From positions 1-28,892 of IMG/VR virus record IMGVR_UViG_3300037423_000178: a stretch of DNA of 28,892 nt; one strand, 5' to 3'. The stretch is from a virus (Duplodnaviria > Caudoviricetes). This document shows positions 1 to 8,863 of this stretch, in pieces; the first letter of the stretch is position 1, and the number at the start of each line of letters is the position of its first letter. The translations under genes and the position numbers were made by a program. The notes below the pieces were generated by a model. The model was not told where the DNA came from and ran no database searches. It worked only from the letters and a program-made list of their open reading frames with translations.

Positions 1-2
1 AG

Positions 3-233
3 CCTTACCAGATTCAGGTCGAGGCAACGCTGACCAATGCGGACGCCCTCGCGGCGTCCATTCCGGGGCTCGCTGCCCGGATCAATGGAGGCATTGCCCT
101 GCCGACCGAGGAGGCCGCGTCTATCCACATCGACAACATCACCATTCCGCTTGAGGACTTGGAGCAGATCAAGACGCTTGAGGAATTCCTCAACATGCTC
201 CGCGTCCGTTCCCGACAGGGGGTCACTCGCTAA
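3..233 (+). CDS. C-terminal end of probable tape measure protein (partial)
   Basis: Open frame PYQIQVEATLTNADALAASIPG...IHIDNITIPLEDLEQIKTLEEFLNMLRVRSRQGVTR* ends in TAA overlapping the next ATG (TAATG); lies directly before the minor tail genes. Confidence 0.6.
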   Translation, partial: PYQIQVEATLTNADALAASIPGLAARINGGIALPTEEAASIHIDNITIPLEDLEQIKTLEEFLNMLRVRSRQGVTR

Positions 234-2689
234 TGCCAACGTTCATTAGCGCGCCCAAGGCGCCGACTAACGTCACCGCCACGCGCAATGACGACTCGCA
301 GGCTCACATCACGTGGACCCGAAACCCTGAGTCGGACAGGCCGTACGACTCCCAGCGCATTTCGCGCTGGGACAATGTCTCCAACGCCTATGGCGATGAG
401 ACCACGCTGAGCGGCACCGATAACGACCGCAACGCCCCGATGGGTGCGAACCGGCGTTATCGGTGGCGCGTCCGCGCCAAGAACGAGGTTGGGTTCTCCG
501 ACTTCGGCTACTCCAATTACCTGCAGACGACCCCCGGCGATCCCTATTCGCCCTCGGTCACGTGGACCTCTCCGACTTCGGCGGTGGTCCAGTGGGGTAT
601 TGGCGCGACCGGCAATGGCTACGTCTACACGACCGAGATTTTCGTCTCGGTCAATGGCGGTGGCTGGACCCTCGTCGCTGAGGTCGGCGCTGGCGTAGGT
701 GCGTGGGGCCACTCGGGGATGACTCCCGGCTCCACGTACCAGTACCAGATTCGGCACAAGTCCACGGTCAGCGGCACGCTCTACTCGGCTGGGGTGTTCA
801 CCCCGGTCCTCCTCATGGAGGCTGCGCCCGCTGCGCCTTCCGCCTTCACGGCGGTGCGCAATAGCGACGCCTCAATGACGCTGACGTGGACCGACAACCC
901 CACGGGCTCCGCGCCCTACAGCAGTCTCACCGTGCAGCGGTGGGACAGCGCCTCCAATGCGTGGAACACGGTTGGCGAACTGTCGCCTACGGCGACCAGC
1001 CTGACCGACACGGGCGCGGTTGCGAACCGCAAGTACCAGTACCAGATCAGGGCTAATAACCGAGGCGGCTCCTCGTCTTGGGTCCAGTCTGGATTCCTCT
1101 ACACCACGCCGTCCGCCCCGCAGAATGCGACGGCGCTCTACGTCACCGGCAACTCGATCACGGTGTCCTGGGAGAACACGGCCACCTACACCGAGTACGG
1201 GCTGCGCGTGCAGCCGGTCAAGGATGGGGTCGCGCAGACCACGGTCACCGTTGCGGGTGGCTCGACTTCGTACACGCTGACGGGCGCTGACCCGCTCGCC
1301 ACGTACACGTTCAATGTCTGGGCCGTCAGCAATGTCGGGGCTCTCGCCTCGGCTTCGGTGGCGTCGAATCAGGTCAGGGGCGCGGCTGCGCCCAATGCGC
1401 CGATCAATGTGAAGTTGGCTGAGGGTGAGCCGATTGACTTCACGCGGTCGGTGACCCTGGTCTGGCAGCACTCGCCGTCGCAGGACATGTCGGCAATGAC
1501 GAAGTTCCAGTACCGGCACCGTCCGGCTGGCAACCCGGCATGGACCGAGAGTGCCATCATCACCGGCACCGATCCCAGCAAGGCCACTCCGTGGCCTGCT
1601 GGCACCTACGCCAATGGCACGGCGGTCGAGTTTCAGGTGCGCACGTGGGGTATCCACGCGGACCCGTCGCCCTACTCCGCGACGAGTACGGCGAACGGAC
1701 GCACCACGCCGACGCTCTCCCTGAACACCCCGACCACGGTGCAGTCAACCTCTCTGCTCATTGTCGATTGGGACTTCCTGCAGGCGCAGGGTTCCGTGCA
1801 GGCTGAGTGGAAGTTCGACGTTACGGACACCACGACCGGGACGCTCATCGAGTCTCGGCAGGGCGCGGACACCACGGACCACGTGACCGTCAATGCGGCG
1901 GTCGAGCACCTGCACAACTACGAGTTGGTGCTGTCCGCCCGCGCGGCCAACGGAATGTGGACGGACGTTCTCACCAAGTCCTTCTCCGCGTTCTTCGTCC
2001 CGCCCGCTGAGTCGGTGCTCATTGCCGACCTCGACTCCGAGTCGGGAGCGGTGGTCCTGACGCTCAACCCCACCGAGGACGACGGCGGCGTTACGACGCG
2101 GCCTGCTGTCAGCGTGGACATTGAGCGGCGCCTCTGGGACGAGGAGACCGAGAGTTACGGGGACTGGGAGCCGGTAGCCCTGGGGGTCGCGCCCAACGCG
2201 ACCATCATTGACACCACCGCCCCGATCCACGGCGAGGGTGAATACCGCGCGACGACGTACTCCGATGCGCCGTCGTCCTACCGGCCTCCGGCCAATGTGC
2301 CGCCCTCGACGGTTGAGGCTCAATGGGCCTACCTCTCGGCTGGCCCGCAGTTCGATGTGGTCGCTCGCATGTGGGCGAACATCAATGTCAGTTGGACGAG
2401 CAGCCGGTCAAAGGCTCTGCACTACTTCGCAGGCCGGAAGCGCCCGGTTATCTACTCGGGCGAGAGCGCCGAAAAGACGCTCAACGTCACCGGCATCATC
2501 ACCGCTGGCGACGGGGCCTCCCCGCCCAAGCGATGGATTTACCTCGCTCAGCAAGAGGGTGCGGTTCTGTTCCGCGCTCCGGGTGGCGTCCGCATCTATG
2601 GGTCGCTGTCCGAAGTCAGCATCGAGCGCATTGAGAACACGGACCTGCATCAGGTCTCGTTCAATATTCAGGAGGTCTACAAGCCATGA
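233..2689 (+). CDS. Minor tail protein with tandem fibronectin type III domains and a possible distal-tail-like C-terminus
   Basis: 818 aa with repeated FN3 signatures (APxAPTNVTA...ITW...YRWRVRAKN, YQYQIRANN, YTFNVWAVS, VEFQVRTWG); first gene after the tape measure. Confidence 0.8.
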   Translation: MPTFISAPKAPTNVTATRNDDSQAHITWTRNPESDRPYDSQRISRWDNVSNAYGDETTLSGTDNDRNAPMGANRRYRWRVRAKNEVGFSDFGYSNYLQTTPGDPYSPSVTWTSPTSAVVQWGIGATGNGYVYTTEIFVSVNGGGWTLVAEVGAGVGAWGHSGMTPGSTYQYQIRHKSTVSGTLYSAGVFTPVLLMEAAPAAPSAFTAVRNSDASMTLTWTDNPTGSAPYSSLTVQRWDSASNAWNTVGELSPTATSLTDTGAVANRKYQYQIRANNRGGSSSWVQSGFLYTTPSAPQNATALYVTGNSITVSWENTATYTEYGLRVQPVKDGVAQTTVTVAGGSTSYTLTGADPLATYTFNVWAVSNVGALASASVASNQVRGAAAPNAPINVKLAEGEPIDFTRSVTLVWQHSPSQDMSAMTKFQYRHRPAGNPAWTESAIITGTDPSKATPWPAGTYANGTAVEFQVRTWGIHADPSPYSATSTANGRTTPTLSLNTPTTVQSTSLLIVDWDFLQAQGSVQAEWKFDVTDTTTGTLIESRQGADTTDHVTVNAAVEHLHNYELVLSARAANGMWTDVLTKSFSAFFVPPAESVLIADLDSESGAVVLTLNPTEDDGGVTTRPAVSVDIERRLWDEETESYGDWEPVALGVAPNATIIDTTAPIHGEGEYRATTYSDAPSSYRPPANVPPSTVEAQWAYLSAGPQFDVVARMWANINVSWTSSRSKALHYFAGRKRPVIYSGESAEKTLNVTGIITAGDGASPPKRWIYLAQQEGAVLFRAPGGVRIYGSLSEVSIERIENTDLHQVSFNIQEVYKP

Positions 2690-3843
2690 TCGTGATTCCC
2701 AATGGTCTGATCCGCAATGACGCGGTTGACCCGCTCAGGGACCCGACCTACGGGAATCGCATCCAGTCGTTCACCTACCACCTGCTCGACAGCAATGACG
2801 ATCACGTCGGCGCTCTCGATCAGGTGCTAGGTGGAACGCTGGAATGGCACGCCAACGCCCCCATTCATGGGGGCGGCAAGATCACCGTGGTCCAGAAGGG
2901 GCGAGACAACCACAACTGGCTCAAGCGCCGCATCAAGATCGTCATGCACATTGACGGGATTGGGGACACGCCGCTCGGCGTGTTCATCCCCTCGGCTCCG
3001 GTCGAGAAGTGGGACGACATGAACCTCACTCTCGAAATGGACCTGCTCGACAAGTGCTCGGTCCTCGACAATGACTACGTTGAGCACACGTACTCCGCGC
3101 CCGAGGGCGCGAATGTGACTGACCGGGTGCGAGACCTCATCACTTCTACCGGCGAGAATGCCGGTTCCATTACCGACTCCAATGCCACGCTAAACAAGGC
3201 GATGGCGTGGGACGCGGGCACGTCCAAGTTGCAGATCATCAATGACCTGCTGGACGCGGCCAACTACTTCTCCCTGTTCGCGGACGGCGACGGACGCTTC
3301 CGGGTCGAGAAGTACCGGCTGCCGAAGGACCGCCCCAATGAGCACTTCTTTAGCGATGGCTTCCAGTCCATCTACCTGCCGGAGTTCGATTACGAGAAGG
3401 ACATTTACTCGGTCCCCAACAAGGTCATCCTCGTCGGACAGGGCAGCGGCACGAATGAGGCTCCGGTTGCGGTAGCCACCAACACGGACCCGAACTCGCC
3501 GTACTCCCGCCAGTCGCGGGGCCGCTGGATTACCGACGTGGTTTCCGGTGTCGAGGTCGCGGGTGACGACCTGACCGAAGCAGAGATTCAGGCCGCGCTC
3601 GACAGCAAGGCCGAGAAGCGGCTGCACGAACTCACCAGCCCGACCGGCACCATCACCATTGACCACGCTCCCCTGCCCTGGCTGGGCATCAATAGCGCGG
3701 TGCGCTTCAAGCGCATCGAGGCCGACATTGACATTCGGGCCGTGGTCACTTCGACGCAGATCAACCTCGACCCGATGGAACTGCAGCGCACGGAATTGCA
3801 GGAGGTTGTCGAGATTGCCAATCAGGAATGGGTGGAGCCTTAA
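2686..3843 (+). CDS. Minor tail protein (baseplate hub/Tal-like)
   Basis: 385 aa, ATGA overlap with the upstream gene; LGVF..., WDAGTSKLQIINDLL, SLFADGDGRF, VPNKVILVG, NTDPNSPYS pattern typical of actinophage minor tail proteins. Confidence 0.75.
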   Translation: MIVIPNGLIRNDAVDPLRDPTYGNRIQSFTYHLLDSNDDHVGALDQVLGGTLEWHANAPIHGGGKITVVQKGRDNHNWLKRRIKIVMHIDGIGDTPLGVFIPSAPVEKWDDMNLTLEMDLLDKCSVLDNDYVEHTYSAPEGANVTDRVRDLITSTGENAGSITDSNATLNKAMAWDAGTSKLQIINDLLDAANYFSLFADGDGRFRVEKYRLPKDRPNEHFFSDGFQSIYLPEFDYEKDIYSVPNKVILVGQGSGTNEAPVAVATNTDPNSPYSRQSRGRWITDVVSGVEVAGDDLTEAEIQAALDSKAEKRLHELTSPTGTITIDHAPLPWLGINSAVRFKRIEADIDIRAVVTSTQINLDPMELQRTELQEVVEIANQEWVEP

Positions 3844-6350
3844 TGAACAACCTTGATCTTCTCCTCCCGGCAGAGACCCCGGAGACCGACACGTGGACCT
3901 GGGCCACGGTCGAGCAGGTCAGCCCGCTCCGTATCCGCATTGACGGTGAGCCGGACGCACTGGACATGACGCCCGAGTGCCTGTACGCGGGCATCGAGGT
4001 CGGGCAGCGCGTCTGGGCTCAGCGCATTGGTCGCCGGGTCATCGTCCACGCCCCTTCCGGGGGCGTGGCCTCCGGGGGCAGCGGCACCGTGGATATCTCC
4101 GACGTGGTTGGCCTGCAGGCCGCGCTCGACGGGAAGTCGGCCACCACCCACACGCACGACGACAGGTACTACACCGAGACGGAGACCAATACTCTCCTCG
4201 CAGGGAAGTCGGACACGACCCACACCCACGACACCCGGTACTACCAGCAGAGCGTGGCAGACGGGCGGTTTGCGAGCCTTACAGCAGACCAGACGCTCTC
4301 GGGTAAGCAGACCTTCTCCAAGGCGCTTGTACTGGCTGAGCAGGGCTCTACGCCTGCGGACCCGGCCAGTGGCACGGGGCTCATCTACTTCAAGAGCGAC
4401 GGCCTGCCGTACGTCAAGGGTGACGACGCCATTGAGCGTCCCCTCATTGCGCTCTCTCCGGCAATCCATGAGAACCCGGACTTTGAGGCGTGGCAGAACT
4501 ATGACGACCGAGCGGCTGGCGCGGCCAGCACGGTCTTTCCGACTCGATGGAGCGCGTTCTGGTCAAACCAGAATGTCGTGTTTTCATTCGAGGGCACGGA
4601 CAAGGTGAGCGGGCAATACGCGCTCAAGGCCGTCCGGCCTGTCAACCAGATCACTCGGGTCCACTCATTGACGATCTTCCCTGTGTCGGCGGGCAGCACC
4701 CTGACGTTCTCGTTCTGGGCAAAGGCTGATCGGTCGGGCACGACGAGCACCGTTACCCTGCTGTCCACGTCGGACGGCAGCATTCCCGAGTTCTTTGGTT
4801 CTGGAACCTCACAGACCGCAGTGAACGTGAACCTCTCGACGGTCTGGCAGAAGTACGAGGTCTCCATTTCCGCGCCGACTGGCGCGACCAAGGGTCGGTT
4901 CAGCGTTTCCTTCCAAGACCCGAGCGAGACGGCCACCACCACGTTCTGGTTTGACAACACGGGGTCCGCGACAAAGGGCGCTCAGACCGACGCGATCCGC
5001 TTGAAGCAGATGACGACGCCGAACACTCCGGCCAGCGGTGAGCAACTGCTTTACCCGAAGTCGGACGGCAAGTGGTACACCAAGGACGCGAGCGGCATTG
5101 AGACCGCCATTGCCGGATCAGCCAACCTGCCGGTTGGCTCGATTGTCCCCTGGGCAGCCGCAACCGCGCCCACGGGATTCCTCATTGCGGACGGCGCGGC
5201 TGTTTCTCGGGCGACGTACTCCGCGCTGTTCGCTGTCATTGGCACCACCTATGGGGCGGGCGATGGGTCCACCACGTTCAATCTCCCGAACATGGTGGGT
5301 CGTGTCCCGGTCGGTCTGTACTCGGGCGGCTCCTACGCCAACGGGCTCGGCGTGTATGGCGGTGAAGCCACGCACGTCCTGACCGCCTCCGAAATGCCGG
5401 TCCACTCCCACGCGCAGAACGTCCTCGCCAATGGCGCGGCGGGCTCCGGCTGGCGCGTGGACTACGCGGGTGACCGCTTCGCCCCTGGCGCATTCCCGCA
5501 GGGCGTGAACACGGGCGACGCTGGTGGCGGCGCTGCGCACAACAACCTGCAGCCGTACACCACGGTCAACTACATCATCCGGGCATTGCCCTCGGCCTCG
5601 GTAGACACGGCCACTTTCCAGTATTTCAAGGGCGCGGTCCTGCCGAACTCGTCGGTGTCGTTCGCGGCCACAACCAACATGGCACTTCCCAGCCGGGTTG
5701 ACCCGGCCAATGGCTGGAACACGGGCGGCAGTTATTGGGTCGTGCCCCAGCCGGGGCGCTACCGGGTGACCGTTGCCTTCAAGGCGAACACCACCGTTGG
5801 CTCCACGTCGGCGCGAATCATGAAGAACGGTTCCGTCGTCGCCTCGTCCGGCATTAGTCCCAATGCGGCCAATACCGGCGTCATGTTTAGTGACGTGCTG
5901 GAACTCGTGGCGGGCGACACCATTGCTGTGCAGCCAAGCGCCGCCTTCACATCGCAGAACGATGGGGCGGGGGTTGAGAATACCTACCTCATCATTGAGA
6001 GCGTCGGACTCAATGCCGCGCCCACATACAGCGCGGACTCGGGCTGGATCAATGTCACGTTCAATGCGGGATGGAGCCAGTACCCCGGTTGGGATACGTG
6101 CGCATACCGAAAGAAGGACGGCATCGTCTACCTCCGGGGGTTGGCGATTGGCCCGAATACGACCGGAAGCGTGATGTTCACTCTCCCTGTGGGATTCCGG
6201 CCCGCAGGCAATCAGCACGTCGTTACCGCAGGTAACGCGACCTACGCGGCGTGGAACATCATGGCCGATGGCCGGGTGATGTTTAACAGCGGTGGTCCGC
6301 CTACGTCGTGGATTTCACTGCAGGTCGCCCCGTTCCCCGCAGACAACTAA
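3843..6350 (+). CDS. Tail fibre/receptor-binding protein (HTHD repeats, CBM-like domain, phage tail collar domain, C1q/TNF-like domain, C-terminal head)
   Basis: ATG at 3843 (TAATG overlap); collar motif PVGSIVPWAAATAPTGFLIADGAAVSRATYSALFAVIGTTYGAGDGSTTFNLPNM; AHNNLQPY..VNYIIR; C-terminal SGWINVTF...YRKKDGIVYLRG. Confidence 0.85.
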   Translation: MNNLDLLLPAETPETDTWTWATVEQVSPLRIRIDGEPDALDMTPECLYAGIEVGQRVWAQRIGRRVIVHAPSGGVASGGSGTVDISDVVGLQAALDGKSATTHTHDDRYYTETETNTLLAGKSDTTHTHDTRYYQQSVADGRFASLTADQTLSGKQTFSKALVLAEQGSTPADPASGTGLIYFKSDGLPYVKGDDAIERPLIALSPAIHENPDFEAWQNYDDRAAGAASTVFPTRWSAFWSNQNVVFSFEGTDKVSGQYALKAVRPVNQITRVHSLTIFPVSAGSTLTFSFWAKADRSGTTSTVTLLSTSDGSIPEFFGSGTSQTAVNVNLSTVWQKYEVSISAPTGATKGRFSVSFQDPSETATTTFWFDNTGSATKGAQTDAIRLKQMTTPNTPASGEQLLYPKSDGKWYTKDASGIETAIAGSANLPVGSIVPWAAATAPTGFLIADGAAVSRATYSALFAVIGTTYGAGDGSTTFNLPNMVGRVPVGLYSGGSYANGLGVYGGEATHVLTASEMPVHSHAQNVLANGAAGSGWRVDYAGDRFAPGAFPQGVNTGDAGGGAAHNNLQPYTTVNYIIRALPSASVDTATFQYFKGAVLPNSSVSFAATTNMALPSRVDPANGWNTGGSYWVVPQPGRYRVTVAFKANTTVGSTSARIMKNGSVVASSGISPNAANTGVMFSDVLELVAGDTIAVQPSAAFTSQNDGAGVENTYLIIESVGLNAAPTYSADSGWINVTFNAGWSQYPGWDTCAYRKKDGIVYLRGLAIGPNTTGSVMFTLPVGFRPAGNQHVVTAGNATYAAWNIMADGRVMFNSGGPPTSWISLQVAPFPADN

Positions 6351-6368
6351 CTTTGGAGGATTGAACAA

Positions 6369-7157
6369 GTGAGTGCTCCCAAGGGGTTCGCGCCCTTTGC
6401 CATCAACAAGAACATTCCACCGGGGTCTAGCGACCCCGCCATTAAGCCGCGCATTGCGATCCTGCATGTGGACGCGGGCAATGCCGAGTCGCTGTATGAC
6501 TTCTTCAAGAACCGCAGCGGCGGCATTGAGTCCCACTTCTTCGTGAAGAAGGACGGGACCATTGAGCAGTACCGCAGCATCTACTTCCAGGCGGACGCGA
6601 ACCTCGACGCCAATGACTTCGCCGTGTCCATTGAGACGCAGGGTCTTGGCGAGGGTGAGTGGACCAAGGAGCAGATCGCCTCGATCAAGCGGCTGCTGCT
6701 CTGGCTGCACGAGGAGGCTGGCATTCCGCTGGTCAAGGTCCCCAAGTGGGACGGCGCTGGCGTTGGCTACCACACCCTCTTTGGCGCGCCCTCGCATTGG
6801 ACCCCGCACGTGAAGACCTGCCCCGGTCCTGACCGGGTGAAGCAGTTCAATGACGTGCTGGTCCCCTGGCTGGCCGAGGCTGGCAAGCCGAAGGGCAAGC
6901 CGGGTCGTCCTCCGCACTCGACCGTCTCCCTGCGCAAGGTGGTCCGCGCATCGAAGATCGCGGGCTGGGCTCGCCGCATTGGCAATGTCGCCGTCCGCGA
7001 GGACGCCGCCGTCGTCAAGGCCGCGCTCAAGGCCGAGGGTGTGCGCAACTACGCCGACTGGCAGCGCGAGTGCGGCGTCCTTCCTGTCAATGGCGTGCCG
7101 GACATGGAGTCGCTGACCGCGCTCGGCAAGGCCCACAAGTTCAAGGTCAGCGAGTGA
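6369..7157 (+). CDS. Endolysin, N-acetylmuramoyl-L-alanine amidase with C-terminal cell-wall-binding region
   Basis: GGAGG RBS 9 nt before GTG; ILHV, SHFFV..DGTIEQY, SIETQG, GYH, KTCPG amidase_2 motifs; located after the tail genes. Confidence 0.88.
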   Translation: MSAPKGFAPFAINKNIPPGSSDPAIKPRIAILHVDAGNAESLYDFFKNRSGGIESHFFVKKDGTIEQYRSIYFQADANLDANDFAVSIETQGLGEGEWTKEQIASIKRLLLWLHEEAGIPLVKVPKWDGAGVGYHTLFGAPSHWTPHVKTCPGPDRVKQFNDVLVPWLAEAGKPKGKPGRPPHSTVSLRKVVRASKIAGWARRIGNVAVREDAAVVKAALKAEGVRNYADWQRECGVLPVNGVPDMESLTALGKAHKFKVSE

Positions 7158-7162
7158 GCGAC

Positions 7163-7399
7163 ATGTCTGAGCCCAATGCACAGGACGCGACCGAGGTTCG
7201 CGTAATGCTCGCTCGCTTTGAGACCAAGTTGGACATTGTTCTCGGCCAGCACAGCGCGACCCTCAAGGACCACGAGTCCCGCCTCCGGGTGGTGGAGGAC
7301 CGCAAGACCGTCAGCCCGACCGCGCTGCTCGCATCGAGCGCGACGGTCATCGCCCTGATCGGCGGCGTGTTCACCATCCTCGACCGCGTTTACGGCTGA
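7163..7399 (+). CDS. Lysis-cassette membrane protein (coiled coil plus C-terminal TM helix)
   Basis: MSEPNAQD...LARFETKLD...DHESRLRVVE...ALLASSATVIALIGGVFTIL; lies between endolysin and holin. Confidence 0.7.
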   Translation: MSEPNAQDATEVRVMLARFETKLDIVLGQHSATLKDHESRLRVVEDRKTVSPTALLASSATVIALIGGVFTILDRVYG

Positions 7400-7422
7400 T
7401 CTGAGCCACTGAAAGGAATCCA

Positions 7423-7620
7423 ATGGAGAAGTTCACCGAGTACATGACTCCGGCCCGCAGGAAGCGCCTTTACGCGGCTCTGATCCCGGTGTTTGCCATC
7501 CTCGTCGCGCACGGACTCGTGACCGCTGAGGACGCAGGCAATGTGATCGAGAGCCTGGGCTACCTGCTCGGCATTGGCGCCGTCACGGTGGCGCGCAAGA
7601 ACGTCAACGAGGACGAGTAG
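7423..7620 (+). CDS. Holin
   Basis: 65 aa, two hydrophobic segments, basic N-terminus (RRKRLY), charged C-terminus; AAAGGA RBS. Confidence 0.75.
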   Translation: MEKFTEYMTPARRKRLYAALIPVFAILVAHGLVTAEDAGNVIESLGYLLGIGAVTVARKNVNEDE

Positions 7621-7630
7621 TCCCCCAACA

Positions 7631-7666
7631 AGAGAAGGCCCCCGGCACTAGCCGGGGGCCTCTCTT
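7631..7666. terminator. Intrinsic terminator, probably bidirectional
   Basis: GGCCCCCGGC-ACTA-GCCGGGGGCC stem followed by TCTCTTT and preceded by AGAGAA; lies between the convergent holin and lsr2 genes. Confidence 0.85.
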
Positions 7667-7677
7667 TGCGTCTCTGG

Positions 7678-7989
7678 TCAGGCGTTCGCGTCCTGCTTGG
7701 ACTTCTCAATGTCCTCGACAGTGGCGGTGCGCTTCCGACCGCGACGACTGCTCGTGGTCTTCGCTGCGGCCTGCGCCTGGGCGAGGGCAGCGGGCTTGCG
7801 ACCCCGACGACGCTGAGTCGCCCGAGCGACCGCGAGGTACGGCGCGAATGCCTGCCGCATCTTCGCCGCGTTCTCCTCGGTGAGGTCAATCTCGAACTGG
7901 TCCCCGTCCATGCCGAACGCAATCGTCTCGGCAGCCCCCTCCGTTCCGTCGAGGTCATCGACCAGAACGATGTTTACCTTCTGAGCCAT
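7678..7989 (-). CDS. lsr2: Lsr2-family protein (dimerisation domain with atypical C-terminus)
   Basis: MAQKVNIVLVDDLDG...ETIAFGMDGDQFEIDLTEENAAKMRQAFAPYL matches the Lsr2 N-terminal domain; AAAGGGG RBS. Confidence 0.88.
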   Translation of the reverse strand: MAQKVNIVLVDDLDGTEGAAETIAFGMDGDQFEIDLTEENAAKMRQAFAPYLAVARATQRRRGRKPAALAQAQAAAKTTSSRRGRKRTATVEDIEKSKQDANA

Positions 7990-8043
7990 GTTCTATTGCC
8001 CCTTTCTTTCGACGTTCACGTGCAACACGTCTAGTACAGGTCA

Positions 8044-8073
8044 TTGCGCAAGTGCTTGTCAACCCTCTACCCT
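8044..8073 (+). promoter_or_regulatory. Candidate repressor promoter overlapping a CAAGTG site; a minus-strand TTGACA (8057-8062) may serve lsr2
   Basis: TTGCGC-N18-TACCCT in the divergent lsr2/repressor gap. Confidence 0.4.
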
Positions 8074-8128
8074 GCTCTCATGCCAACCAAGTTCCAACCT
8101 ACGGGGGAACTTCCAATGAGGGGGGATC

Positions 8129-8590
8129 GTGCCAGCACACAGCAAAGTACAGGACATGCAAGAGGCCATACGTTGGCTTGAGGAGGGACGCACGTATCAG
8201 TGGTGCGTTGACGAGTACCTTCGCAAGTACAACATCGAGACGACCATCAGCATGTGGGCTGCACTGCGGCGTCGGCACGGCATTGACAACCGTATCGTCC
8301 GCGATGAGGCGCTGATCCCCTGGGCCGTCAACTCCGAACACCGGCACTCCCACGCCGTCTCAATGCTGCGCGCTGAGGCGCGCAGGCGAGCGGGCAAGGA
8401 ACTCACTCCCCTCATGGAGGACATGCTCGACACGTGGCTCCGTGGGCTGCGAGAGGACGGCACGGTGGTTCATTACGACCCGGACACGGATGAGGGTTGG
8501 TGGTACGTGCCCCGTCGTGAGGGCGTGGACCTCGATCTGATCCGCGAGCCGGAGCGCAGGACGGGTCGCCGCTCTGGAACCGACGAGTAG
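8129..8590 (+). CDS. Immunity repressor, L5 gp71/R4-like family
   Basis: IRWLEEGRTYQW...LIPWAV..EH...MLRAEARRRAGKEL...VVHYDPDTDEGWWYVPR is the pattern I recognise for this family; GAGGGGG RBS. Confidence 0.82.
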   Translation: MPAHSKVQDMQEAIRWLEEGRTYQWCVDEYLRKYNIETTISMWAALRRRHGIDNRIVRDEALIPWAVNSEHRHSHAVSMLRAEARRRAGKELTPLMEDMLDTWLRGLREDGTVVHYDPDTDEGWWYVPRREGVDLDLIREPERRTGRRSGTDE

Positions 8591-8724
8591 CCACCCCAAG
8601 GGGTGAGCGCCGGGTCCAACGCACGGGTGGTTGGCATGACCCGTTTGGACTATCTTGCTCGGTACAGCCAGCCTGCGTGCAGGCTGCGCGCAGACGCCAT
8701 GTAATGTCTCCGTCTGGGGGGAAT

Positions 8725-8760
8725 GCCCCGGCTCCGAATTAAGGGGTCGGGGCTTCTTTC
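8725..8760 (+). terminator. Intrinsic terminator downstream of the repressor
   Basis: GCCCCGGCTCC/GGGGTCGGGGC stem (two G-U pairs) followed by TTCTTTC. Confidence 0.7.
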
Positions 8761-8863
8761 TGCCCAAGGCGCGGAGAGGTCATTCGGGGACCCGCCGATC
8801 ACCTAGGCTTCTCTGGCGTACCAATCGGGGCGTGCGCCATAACCTGAGGGAGGCAAGAGGGAG

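Noticed and set aside
3843-6350. Diversity-generating retroelement or invertible tail-fibre cassette
   Set aside because: No reverse transcriptase, template repeat or invertase-flanked alternative ends are visible in the window.
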